Of a stretch of DNA of 24,000 nucleotides, positions 1 to 10,900 are shown one piece after another. The notes beneath the pieces were generated by a model. The model made no database searches. It saw only the letters and a program-made list of their open reading frames with translations, and had not been told where the DNA came from. The translations under genes and the position numbers were made by a program. The first letter of the stretch is position 1; each line of letters begins with the position of its first letter. The stretch is from Thermococcus litoralis DSM 5473 (lineage in GTDB: Archaea; Methanobacteriota_B; Thermococci; Thermococcales; Thermococcaceae). Location of the stretch: NCBI RefSeq assembly GCF_000246985.2, contig NC_022084.1, positions 1,218,268 through 1,242,267 of the forward strand, read 5' to 3'.

Positions 1-2
1 GA

Positions 3-1403
3 TCAGAACCCGTAGATATGTCTTCCGTATTTTATTAATGCGTAGACTGCATCAACTCCATCCTCAACTGTTTCAAACACTGGAATCCCCTTTTGCTCTA
101 TTTTTCTTGCCATTCTTTCTGGATACTCACCACCTGGGGCCACAAAGACTATTGGCTTTCCGTACTCCTTAACTCTCTCCATAACTTCCACTATTCTCTC
201 GTCCAAAGCTGGACTCTGGAAGAGCGCTATCACAACCACTATGTCAACATTTGGATCCTCTAGAACATACCTAATCGCAGTCTCATATCTACTTGAGGGT
301 GCATCCCCAATTACATCAACTGGATTCTTGTAGCTCATGTGTTCAGGCAATAATCCCTCTTCGATGGCCTTTCTGAACTTTTCTTTAGTTTCCTCTGTGA
401 ATTCTGCCAACTTTAGACCTGCCTCTAGAAGGCCATCGCTCATCATAACCCCAGCCCCACCACCATTGGTCACTATTGCAACTCTATCTCCCTTAGCTGG
501 ACTTTGCATCGCTAAGGCTTTCGCATAGTTAAAGAGCTGTCTCATGCTTTTAGCTGCAAGAACACCAGTTTGCTCGAAAGCTGCTTGATATATTTTGTAA
601 CTTCCCGCGAGAGAGCCCGTGTGAGAAGCAGCAGCCTTGGCTCCAGCCTCAGTCCTTCCGGCCTTAAGAATAATTACGGGCTTAACTTTTGTAGTCTCTT
701 TAGCCGCATTGAAGAACTTTCTTCCATCTTTTACTCCCTCTATATAGGCCGTTATTACCTTGGTTTTTGGATCATCCTTTAAATACAGCATGAAATCACT
801 CTCGTCTAAATCTGCCATGTTTCCCAGGCTTATGAACTTGCTCATTCCGACTTCATGCCTTGCAGCCCAGTCAAGTATGGCCGCCCCAAAAGCACCACTT
901 TGGCTCATGAACGCTATTGGGCCAAATTTTGGCCTTGCCTGTCTTTCTGGAGGATTAAAATTACAATCAAACCCATTCTCTAAGTTAGTAACGCCAAGAC
1001 AATTAGGACCAACAACACGTATCCCCCATTTTCTAGCCCTCTTTACTAGCTCTTCCTCAAGATCTGCCCTTCCTGCCTCCTTAAATCCAGCTGAGATAAC
1101 AACAACCCCTTTAACCCCTTTTTCTCCACACTCGTCAATTACATCAGGAACGAACTTTGCTGGAACGGCTATTACAGCCACATCGACTTCATCTGGAATT
1201 TCCTTTATGCTCTTATACGCTTTGAGCCCCATGACTTCGGTTTCTTTAACATTAACTGGATAAATCTTACCCTTAAAACGAAGCGTCATAGAGTGCATTA
1301 TAGCATTTCCGACTTTCCCAAGGGTGTTTGAGGCGCCAATAATTGCCACACTCTTTGGATAAAACAGTTCATCAAGATCGATTTTTGTTTTCAACTTTAT
1401 CAC
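3..1403 (-). CDS. acdA: ADP-forming acetyl-CoA synthetase (NDP-forming acyl-CoA synthetase) alpha subunit, complete
   Basis: 466-aa ORF with TGA stop at 3-5. It has an N-terminal CoA-binding segment (PKSVAIIGASNTLGKVGNAI), a succinyl-CoA-synthetase-like core (GPNCLG, SQSGAFG) and the phosphohistidine loop AASHTGSLAGS. The ORF-track start is GTG at 1403. GAGGTGAT (minus strand, 1399-1406) lies 4 nt before TTG at 1394, so 1394 may be the true start. Confidence 0.85.
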   Translation of the reverse strand: MIKLKTKIDLDELFYPKSVAIIGASNTLGKVGNAIMHSMTLRFKGKIYPVNVKETEVMGLKAYKSIKEIPDEVDVAVIAVPAKFVPDVIDECGEKGVKGVVVISAGFKEAGRADLEEELVKRARKWGIRVVGPNCLGVTNLENGFDCNFNPPERQARPKFGPIAFMSQSGAFGAAILDWAARHEVGMSKFISLGNMADLDESDFMLYLKDDPKTKVITAYIEGVKDGRKFFNAAKETTKVKPVIILKAGRTEAGAKAAASHTGSLAGSYKIYQAAFEQTGVLAAKSMRQLFNYAKALAMQSPAKGDRVAIVTNGGGAGVMMSDGLLEAGLKLAEFTEETKEKFRKAIEEGLLPEHMSYKNPVDVIGDAPSSRYETAIRYVLEDPNVDIVVVIALFQSPALDERIVEVMERVKEYGKPIVFVAPGGEYPERMARKIEQKGIPVFETVEDGVDAVYALIKYGRHIYGF

Positions 1404-1736
1404 CTCTTGGATATTTTATCCAACACTATCAGTTTTACATTTATAAAGATTATGTCCTTTCGATCTTATCAACGCCATAAGAATTAAAGTACCCTTCAAA
1501 GTAGTTGAAGCGAAAACAGATGGGTCTCTCTCAGTAGAGTGTCACAACTTTGGTGATTTCTCCTCTCTTGAAAAGTTTGAAGAACCTGTTTTAAGCCTTT
1601 CTGTTCTTGTTTGAGCTTAAAGAAACCTTTTTAGTGATTTTTACCACTTCAGTTGAGATGCGAAATTATTCACCAGAACTGGGAACCATTGTTTAACTTT
1701 TCAAAAAGGATGTAAATAACAAAAAAATTTGCTTAG

Positions 1737-2579
1737 CTAGTCCTTCCCTTGTTGCTTTACCGGATAAGGCATGAATTCTACAGTTCCCCTTTGCTTTACA
1801 GGTTGTTTGTAGAGCTCCATTAAGGCATAGACTTCCTCCGGAACGTCTGTTTCAACGTGAAGACCGAGTTCCTTTGCGTGCTCAACAGTTATTGGGTAGT
1901 CGTGAGTCCATCTTCCCTCGGTTAGTATTTGAGCCAGTTCTCTGGCTTTCTCTTCACCGTATTTGTCCTTCAAGAGATTGTACACGAACTCCTGAACTTG
2001 ATTTATTGCCTTCTTTGCCACATCAGCAAGTATGAGGGTTTGGTCATCAACTTTCTCTGCACCTTTTTGTTCAACTGCCCTTATTATGCTCGGAGCCGGA
2101 TACTGGCCGAGCTGAGGATCAACCGGTCCCAAAACCGCATGAGGATCCATTATGATCTTGTCAGCAGCTAATGCTATTAAGGTCCCACCACTCATTGCGT
2201 AGTGCGGCACTATCACCCTTGTTTCTGCGGGATGATCCTTCAAAGCCTTTGCTATTTGCGTTGCCGCCAAAACCAATCCTCCCGGCGTGTGAATGATCAG
2301 GTCAATTGGCTTATCCTTTGGAGCCATCCTTATAGCTCTTAATATCTCTTCGCTGTCCTCAATGCTTATAAACTTGTACACGGGAATCCCAAAGAAACCT
2401 ATGCTCTCCTGCCTGTGGATCATTGTTATTACTGTGGAGTTTCTCTTTCTTGCCAATCTTTCCAGCAATTTTGCCCTAGCAATCTGCAATTGGCGATATT
2501 GAATCTGAGGCCCCATGAGTAGGTAGAAGAACAGTATCCACCATATCAATGAGCCTATGAATCCACTCAGCGGATCCAT
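1737..2579 (-). CDS. Membrane-anchored Clp-fold serine protease (SDH/SppA-like family)
   Basis: 280-aa ORF with an N-terminal hydrophobic helix (FIGSLIWWILFFYLLMG). ClpP/SppA-like motifs are present: IIHTPGGLVLAA and HYAMSGGTLIALAAD. RBS GGGGGTGA lies 4 nt upstream of the ATG at 2579. Confidence 0.7.
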   Translation of the reverse strand: MDPLSGFIGSLIWWILFFYLLMGPQIQYRQLQIARAKLLERLARKRNSTVITMIHRQESIGFFGIPVYKFISIEDSEEILRAIRMAPKDKPIDLIIHTPGGLVLAATQIAKALKDHPAETRVIVPHYAMSGGTLIALAADKIIMDPHAVLGPVDPQLGQYPAPSIIRAVEQKGAEKVDDQTLILADVAKKAINQVQEFVYNLLKDKYGEEKARELAQILTEGRWTHDYPITVEHAKELGLHVETDVPEEVYALMELYKQPVKQRGTVEFMPYPVKQQGKD

Positions 2580-2697
2580 GAGTTCACCCCCTGAATATTC
2601 CTACAGAATTATTGTAACTTAATATTTTTAAAACTTTTGGTAAATAAAATTGAGATCCCATAAATTGCAAATGTATTGTGAAAGAATAGAAGAAAAG

Positions 2698-3645
2698 TCA
2701 CTTAACAACTTGAGTGCCAGTTTTTCCTTCTAAGGCTTCAACGGCCTTGTCTAAAGCGGCAATTACCGCTCTCTCTCCACCCCATTCGATGAACCTTATG
2801 GCGGCAAGAACCTTTGGCCCCATGCTGCCCTTCTTGAAGTGCCCTTCCTCATAATATTTCCTGAGCTCATCAACAGTAACTTTTCCAAGCCACTGCTCGT
2901 TCGGCTTGCCGTAGTTAATGGCAGCGCCGTTGACATCGGTGAGTATCATAAAGATGTCAGCATTAACCTCTTCGGCAAGTTTCTCTCCAGCCAAATCTTT
3001 GTCAATAACCGCCTCAACGCCCTTAAATTCCCCGTTTTCCTCAATAACAGGAATTCCTCCCCCACCAGAGGCTATTACTATGAAGCCCTTCTCAACGAGG
3101 TCTTGGATTATTGGAGCTTCAACATGCCCAATCGGATCCGGTGAAGGAACGACTCTCCTCCATCCTCTCCCAGAGTCCTCTATGACAACCCAGCCCTTCT
3201 CTCTGGCAAGCTTTTTGGCAGTCTCTTCGTCATAAAATGGTCCCACAGGCTTTGAGGGATTCTGAAATGCCGGGTCGTTCTTGTCAACAATCGTTTGGGT
3301 AACTATCGTTGCCACCGGCTTGTTTATGCCCCGCTTCCTAAGCTCGTTAATTACCGCCTGCTGTATCATGTAACCAATCTGCCCCTGACTCATTGCACCG
3401 CAAACGTCCATAGGCTGAGCGGGGATGCCATACATATGCTCTCCAGCATCCTGTTGGAGGAGAATAGCTCCAACTTGAGGACCATTGCCGTGGGTTATTA
3501 CAACCTCATAATCGTTGTCAAGGATTATATCAACGATTTGCTTTGCAGTTTTTTTCACATTCTCCATTTGCTCTTCATAAGTCCCCTTTTGTCCTCTCTG
3601 CAGAATAGCATTCCCGCCCAAAGCTATAACAACCCTCTTCCTCAT
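2698..3645 (-). CDS. arcC: Carbamate kinase (carbamate kinase-like carbamoyl-phosphate synthetase of Thermococcales)
   Basis: 315-aa ORF with an amino-acid-kinase fold signature: [11 protein letters not shown] near the N-terminus, [10 protein letters not shown], and [20 protein letters not shown] lies 4 nt upstream of the ATG at 3645. Confidence 0.9.
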   Translation of the reverse strand: MRKRVVIALGGNAILQRGQKGTYEEQMENVKKTAKQIVDIILDNDYEVVITHGNGPQVGAILLQQDAGEHMYGIPAQPMDVCGAMSQGQIGYMIQQAVINELRKRGINKPVATIVTQTIVDKNDPAFQNPSKPVGPFYDEETAKKLAREKGWVVIEDSGRGWRRVVPSPDPIGHVEAPIIQDLVEKGFIVIASGGGGIPVIEENGEFKGVEAVIDKDLAGEKLAEEVNADIFMILTDVNGAAINYGKPNEQWLGKVTVDELRKYYEEGHFKKGSMGPKVLAAIRFIEWGGERAVIAALDKAVEALEGKTGTQVVK

Positions 3646-3799
3646 GTTACTCCCTCCAGCAACTGGTGTATAAACTTAGACCTCAGCGAATTAAAAGGGT
3701 TTCTTAGTCATAAAATAGTTCTTTTAGAAAAAACTTCGAAAAATAAGTGAAAGAGCTTGCAAATTTAAAGATTTCCAAGAGCTATCTTTGCTGTTTTGA

Positions 3800-5059
3800 T
3801 TAGAGGTACCACTCGCTAAACCTTCCAATGCCGAGGCTTTCAAGGGTTTTCATAACGCCGAGGGCTATTCCTTCTACCTCTATGCCTCCCTCTCCCTTGT
3901 TTGCATCCCCAGCTATGTAGACGTTTTCGAGTGGGAAGTCAAGATGGGTTCCAGAGGCTACTCTGTTAACGGGATTTCCGTCTAGGTAAGTTTGAACCAT
4001 TAGAACCTCTCCCTCTTTGTCAAGCTCCGGGAAGAGATAATAAAGATCCTCAAGGCCAAGTTTTTGCTCTTTCTTTACATCTTTGCTCCTTAAAGCCTGG
4101 TGCGTCATGATGAGGTTGTAACCTTCTCTTGCAAGCTCCGGCGTTAATGCGGAAGGCTCGTTGTAGCCGTTTATCCTTTGAGTATCTAGGGTAAAGACAA
4201 CGGTGTTGCCTATTCTAGGCTCTCCCTTTAAGGCTATGTTAATTTTAATTCCTTCAGCAGGCTTTAGGGCATCAACTTTTTTCAAGTACTCCCTGTCAAA
4301 TTTGTCCCGTCCAAAAAGCTCCACTGTTTCCTTTATTCCGATATTTGAGATGAGCACATCGTAGGGGTATTCTTCACCGTCTGCCGTTATTACCTTGTTT
4401 TCATCGATTTCAACAGCTCTCTTTCTGGTTATTATATTTCCTCCATTCTCTCTTACAATTCTCGCAAGCTCTTCTGTTACGGCTTTGCATCCGCCCTTTA
4501 TTAGCCCCGGACCTCCCCACTTCAAAGTTGCCTTTATTTCCTTAGCCAGCTCTATTGCCGGAACTTCTTCTGGAGACAAGCTGACCGCCCAGCCAAGAAA
4601 GCTCTTTATGAAAAGATAAACGAACTCGTTATCTCCAATCTTCTCCTGAAGCTACTCCCACGAGCTCATTTTTGCATCTTCGCCACTTGGAAGTCTATTG
4701 GCTTTTATCTCTGCAAGGAGCTTCATCGCTTTGGCCTTCTCTTTGAGGGAAAGATACTTCCATCCCTCTCTGTAGTGGTAAATGTTTCCCTCCAGAAAGA
4801 ACTTGCCCCTTGGGTTTGAGTTTACTATTTCCACGTTGGCATTCAAAAGCTTTAATAGACGGGCTAAGGGACCATTTTCTCCATGAGGAACCATGTGAAG
4901 GGCACCAGTGGACAATTGAAAGCCCTTGTAGTTTAAGTTTGTGAACCTACCCCCAACAAAAGGAGCTTTTTCCAGAATTGTTACTTCATGACCTGCCTTG
5001 GCTAAAAAAGCGCTTGTCAAAAGTCCTCCAAGCCCGGCCCCAATTGTGACCACTCTCAT
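3800..5059 (-). pseudogene. CrtI/phytoene-desaturase-like FAD-dependent oxidoreductase interrupted by one in-frame TAG
   Basis: ORF 4652-5059 starts with a dinucleotide-binding motif (VVTIGAGLGGLLTSAFLAKAGHEVTILEK) and ends ...SSWE-TAG (4652-4654). The same frame continues without further stops (LQEKIGDNEFVYLFIKSFLGWAVSL) into ORF 3800-4579, which ends in the C-terminal FAD motif YIAGDANKGEGGIEVEG. Read through, the product is about 419 aa. RBS GAGGTGAT precedes the ATG at 5059. Confidence 0.8.
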
Positions 5060-5063
5060 TTTA

Positions 5064-5531
5064 TCACCTCTTTGGGTTCCCGAAAGGATCTATCAGGCCA
5101 GCCCTTATTAAGGAAGAGCTTATTTTATCCCCAAGCTTGCTTTTAATTAGCTTTATGGTAACAATGTCAAGAGGTTTTAGACCTTTTTCCTTTCTCGCTC
5201 TGTTCACCAAGAGGGCACCTTTATATGTTTCCTCACTAACAACTATTGCATCTAAACTCTTTATTCTGTCTGCAAAGCCTATTGCAGTGTGTATTTTTAT
5301 TATTCGATAGTTTTTGTACCCGTTTATCTCAAAAAACTTTAGCAAATCCCTCAGCCTAATTTCATACGGAAGGATTCTCTCAGCGTAGGGTTTAGTTTTT
5401 ATCATTTCATCGGAAGTCAGACCAATGTAGACGTACTTGCCCACCTCAAAAGCCTTTCTAAGCAAGGCTTTGTGACCTAAATGAAGCCTATCAAAGGTTC
5501 CACCAACCACAACCTTTCTGTACTTCCTCAT
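5064..5531 (-). CDS. coaD: Archaeal phosphopantetheine adenylyltransferase (cytidylyltransferase-like fold)
   Basis: 155-aa ORF with the nucleotidyltransferase motif VVVGGTFDRLHLGHKALL and a C-terminal ISSSLIR motif. Size and layout fit archaeal PPAT. It ends 4 nt before the downstream oxidoreductase start, so the two genes probably form an operon. Confidence 0.8.
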   Translation of the reverse strand: MRKYRKVVVGGTFDRLHLGHKALLRKAFEVGKYVYIGLTSDEMIKTKPYAERILPYEIRLRDLLKFFEINGYKNYRIIKIHTAIGFADRIKSLDAIVVSEETYKGALLVNRARKEKGLKPLDIVTIKLIKSKLGDKISSSLIRAGLIDPFGNPKR

Positions 5532-5602
5532 CGTTATCCCTCTTTATCAATGAACCAATAAATTTTTGTATTGCTATTTGAAAAAGTTTTGGAGGTGATC
5601 CA

Positions 5603-7478
<1,876 letters not shown>

Positions 7479-7963
7479 TTGCAAAATAGCACGTTATCAT
7501 GTTTAAATTTTCTCTTTTTGGATTTTCTGCCCTCTGAAGGATTAATTTTGAGTTCAAGGCTCTAAGAATGCTCTGGAAGTCTTTAGTAACTGAAGGTTAC
7601 TATTAAACAAAAGGTTACAAAAATTTTAAAAGTTTATAACGAAATTTTTTCGAAATTCTAAACAAAGACTTTTTAGGACTTCTTTGGTATCCTCTCCTCA
7701 TGGAAATTTAACCATTTTTAGTTTAAGGCGTTTTTGTGAGCTTATTTTTGATTTAAGCTCCTATTTCGCCTCTGGAAGTCTCATGAACATTCTTGAGCAT
7801 TGACAAAAAGGAGGAGTTTCAAGTGTGGTTGAGTTTCAAGGTTTCTCTCAAGGGCTCGAATTCGAGCTTTCTGAGGGGAGTTTTATTGACCCTTTGAAGA
7901 AAAGTTTATAAGATTCGGGCCTTCTAATTACTCTTTGAGGAGTTTAGAGGAAAAATCGCCCCT
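7479..7963 (+). promoter_or_regulatory. CRISPR leader region
   Basis: A 485-nt AT-rich non-coding stretch with no ORF of 60 aa or more, immediately upstream of the first repeat. It lies on the side expected from repeat polarity. It contains TATA-like elements and internal direct repeats (see findings). Confidence 0.7.
7898..7911 (+). promoter_or_regulatory. Candidate BRE/TATA box for pre-crRNA transcription
   Basis: GAAAAGTTTATAAG has a purine-rich BRE-like run followed by TTTATAA. It ends about 52 nt before the first repeat at 7964. A start site about 25 nt downstream would fall at roughly 7935-7940. No transcript data are available. Confidence 0.4.
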
Positions 7964-10900
7964 GTTCCAATAAGACTTTAAAAGAATTGAAAGACGGCGA
8001 CGCAGTCTTTGAGTTCTTCGATGATTTTGATGTTCCAATAAGACTTTAAAAGAATTGAAAGTTTATTAAAGCGAGACCATTACCGAGCACACGGCCGACG
8101 TTCCAATAAGACTTTAAAAGAATTGAAAGACGAGAGCAGCAGGAGAGATTTAAGGTAGGGTTAGGGGTTCCAATAAGACTTTAAAAGAATTGAAAGATTA
8201 CTGCAACTGCTACAAGTCCAATCCCCAGAGAAAGTTCCAATAAGACTTTAAAAGAATTGAAAGAAAATCCTCTCTTGTTCTTCTTTTGGCAATTTTAAGG
8301 TTCCAATAAGACTTTAAAAGAATTGAAAGGAATCACTTTTCACCCTTTCACCTTTCACCCTATCGGGTTCCAATAAGACTTTAAAAGAATTGAAAGTGAT
8401 GAAGGAGAGTGGAGGTTCTTTGATGTTGACTATGTAAGTTCCAATAAGACTTTAAAAGAATTGAAAGTTACCAAAAGAGACAACAACTTTTACTACATTG
8501 AAATCCGTTCCAATAAGACTTTAAAAGAATTGAAAGTGTGAGTATCGACCAACTGCCCGTTCACGTAAGTACGGGTTCCAATAAGACTTTAAAAGAATTG
8601 AAAGATCAGGGTCTGGCTGGATGCCAAAGTCTATTGTAAGTGTTCCAATAAGACTTTAAAAGAATTGAAAGCTCAATGGTTCTTACATTCCTTACATGAC
8701 CTTACATATGTTCCAATAAGACTTTAAAAGAATTGAAAGTTATTTGTGAGGGTAACGGTAAAGGTTACTTGCGTGTTTGGTTCCAATAAGACTTTAAAAG
8801 AATTGAAAGTATTCCTCTTTTGTATCTCCTTTCTCCGTTTTCTGCCGTTCCAATAAGACTTTAAAAGAATTGAAAGTATCATCAAGATCAATCCTTAACA
8901 CTCTCTCATAGTCCAGTTCCAATAAGACTTTAAAAGAATTGAAAGGTAGTCAAGGACGCACTAGCAAACAGCACTCTTGACACGTTCCAATAAGACTTTA
9001 AAAGAATTGAAAGGCTCTACTCTCTTCGTTACTCGTCCCCGATCTAATGCAGTTCCAATAAGACTTTAAAAGAATTGAAAGGCTCTGAGCTGTCTTCTAA
9101 TAACTCCCTTAGCACATTAGTTCCAATAAGACTTTAAAAGAATTGAAAGGTATTCAAGATAAACAACATCTCCAGCACTTGGATTAGTTCCAATAAGACT
9201 TTAAAAGAATTGAAAGTAAATATGATTTATGTTTTATTTTTATCATGGTGGCGTGTTCCAATAAGACTTTAAAAGAATTGAAAGCTTTGCAGTAAAACAG
9301 TTTTTCGATGAATACGGTCATGTTCCAATAAGACTTTAAAAGAATTGAAAGTTAAGACCGAACTCGACGAACTGAAAGTTTCCCCGAAACAGTTCCAATA
9401 AGACTTTAAAAGAATTGAAAGACTCTACAGCGCGAGAAGGGCTTCTACTACTACACGACGTTCCAATAAGACTTTAAAAGAATTGAAAGTGAGGACAATG
9501 GAGAGCGTCATAGCAGTAGCCAAGTTCCAATAAGACTTTAAAAGAATTGAAAGCCACCATGAGTAAGAGAAGGGAGAGAATGATAATAAGAAGTTCCAAT
9601 AAGACTTTAAAAGAATTGAAAGAAGGGAGAGTGGCGATTCCTAAAGAAACAAGGATGCTGTTCCAATAAGACTTTAAAAGAATTGAAAGCCTGGTGGGAG
9701 TTAGATGTCCTGCACAGGAGAACCGACGTTCCAATAAGACTTTAAAAGAATTGAAAGCCCGTGTCGTAAATCCACACCTGGAACTGGTTCAAGTCGTTCC
9801 AATAAGACTTTAAAAGAATTGAAAGGTGTATCTCCGTTTTTCAGGATATTCGTCTGAGTACCGTTCCAATAAGACTTTAAAAGAATTGAAAGGTGCTGTC
9901 CATGAAAGTCACTGAAATATTGCCCAGCTGGTTCCAATAAGACTTTAAAAGAATTGAAAGCAGGATGGTAGATATAGACTTAATCGTGCTAGGGCTCGGT
10001 TCCAATAAGACTTTAAAAGAATTGAAAGAACCTTACCACCATTCAGGTCCACCAGCCCTTTGTTCGTTCCAATAAGACTTTAAAAGAATTGAAAGTTCAC
10101 ACCACCCCCATCAATCCACCAACCCGGCTCTCCAGTTCCAATAAGACTTTAAAAGAATTGAAAGTAACTACGCTTATGTTGTAGTTCGGTAGGTAAACAC
10201 CCGTTCCAATAAGACTTTAAAAGAATTGAAAGGCAAAAAGTTTTTTGCGAGAGTTTTTTCAAGCTTTTTAGAGTTCCAATAAGACTTTAAAAGAATTGAA
10301 AGCTGCATTTTTGAGCGCTATTCCATCTTTGCCAACAGTGTTCCAATAAGACTTTAAAAGAATTGAAAGAGTAGACATGGATAAACCTGTCAAGGAAGTG
10401 ATTGCGGTTCCAATAAGACTTTAAAAGAATTGAAAGTCGAATACAGGGTTAGCTCCTAATGGGTCTTGGAACACGTTCCAATAAGACTTTAAAAGAATTG
10501 AAAGAAAAATAAAAGCGGGACTTTCTCGAAATTGATTTTTAAGTTCCAATAAGACTTTAAAAGAATTGAAAGCACTTCGAAGGCATTAAGCACCTTCGCG
10601 GGCATTTTGTTCCAATAAGACTTTAAAAGAATTGAAAGCCGTAACGTCCCTGTTGAGCGGATTGTATATAGTAAGGTTCCAATAAGACTTTAAAAGAATT
10701 GAAAGTATCCTCGTCCATGTTCTCAAGGTTTGCAACAATGCTGTTCCAATAAGACTTTAAAAGAATTGAAAGAACGGGAAGAAATATCTCTATGATGACT
10801 ATCTTGACGGTTCCAATAAGACTTTAAAAGAATTGAAAGCCGCCGATAAGGAATAATATAACTGCTAAGGCCAAGTATGGGTTCCAATAAGACTTTAAAA

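Noticed and set aside
1404-1736. Unusually long (333 nt) intergenic region upstream of acdA; checked for an sRNA, a C/D-box RNA or a small ORF
   Set aside because: I found only a TATA-like CTTTATAAAT (minus strand, about 1441-1450) and a weak 7-bp stem (TTTAAGC/GCTTAAA). There is no C box (RUGAUGA) and D box (CUGA) pair, no tRNA-like structure and no ORF longer than about 11 codons. I cannot support a feature here.
3757-3782. Imperfect inverted repeat CTTGCAAAT...ATTTCCAAG between the oxidoreductase pseudogene and the carbamate kinase gene
   Set aside because: It has one arm mismatch and short AT-rich arms. Its location is compatible with an ordinary terminator or promoter spacer, and it is not distinguishable from chance.
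7854-7867. Perfect 14-bp palindrome GCTCGAATTCGAGC in the leader
   Set aside because: About 1.5 such 7+7 palindromes are expected by chance in 24 kb (24000 / 4^7). I have no supporting evidence of conservation or repetition.
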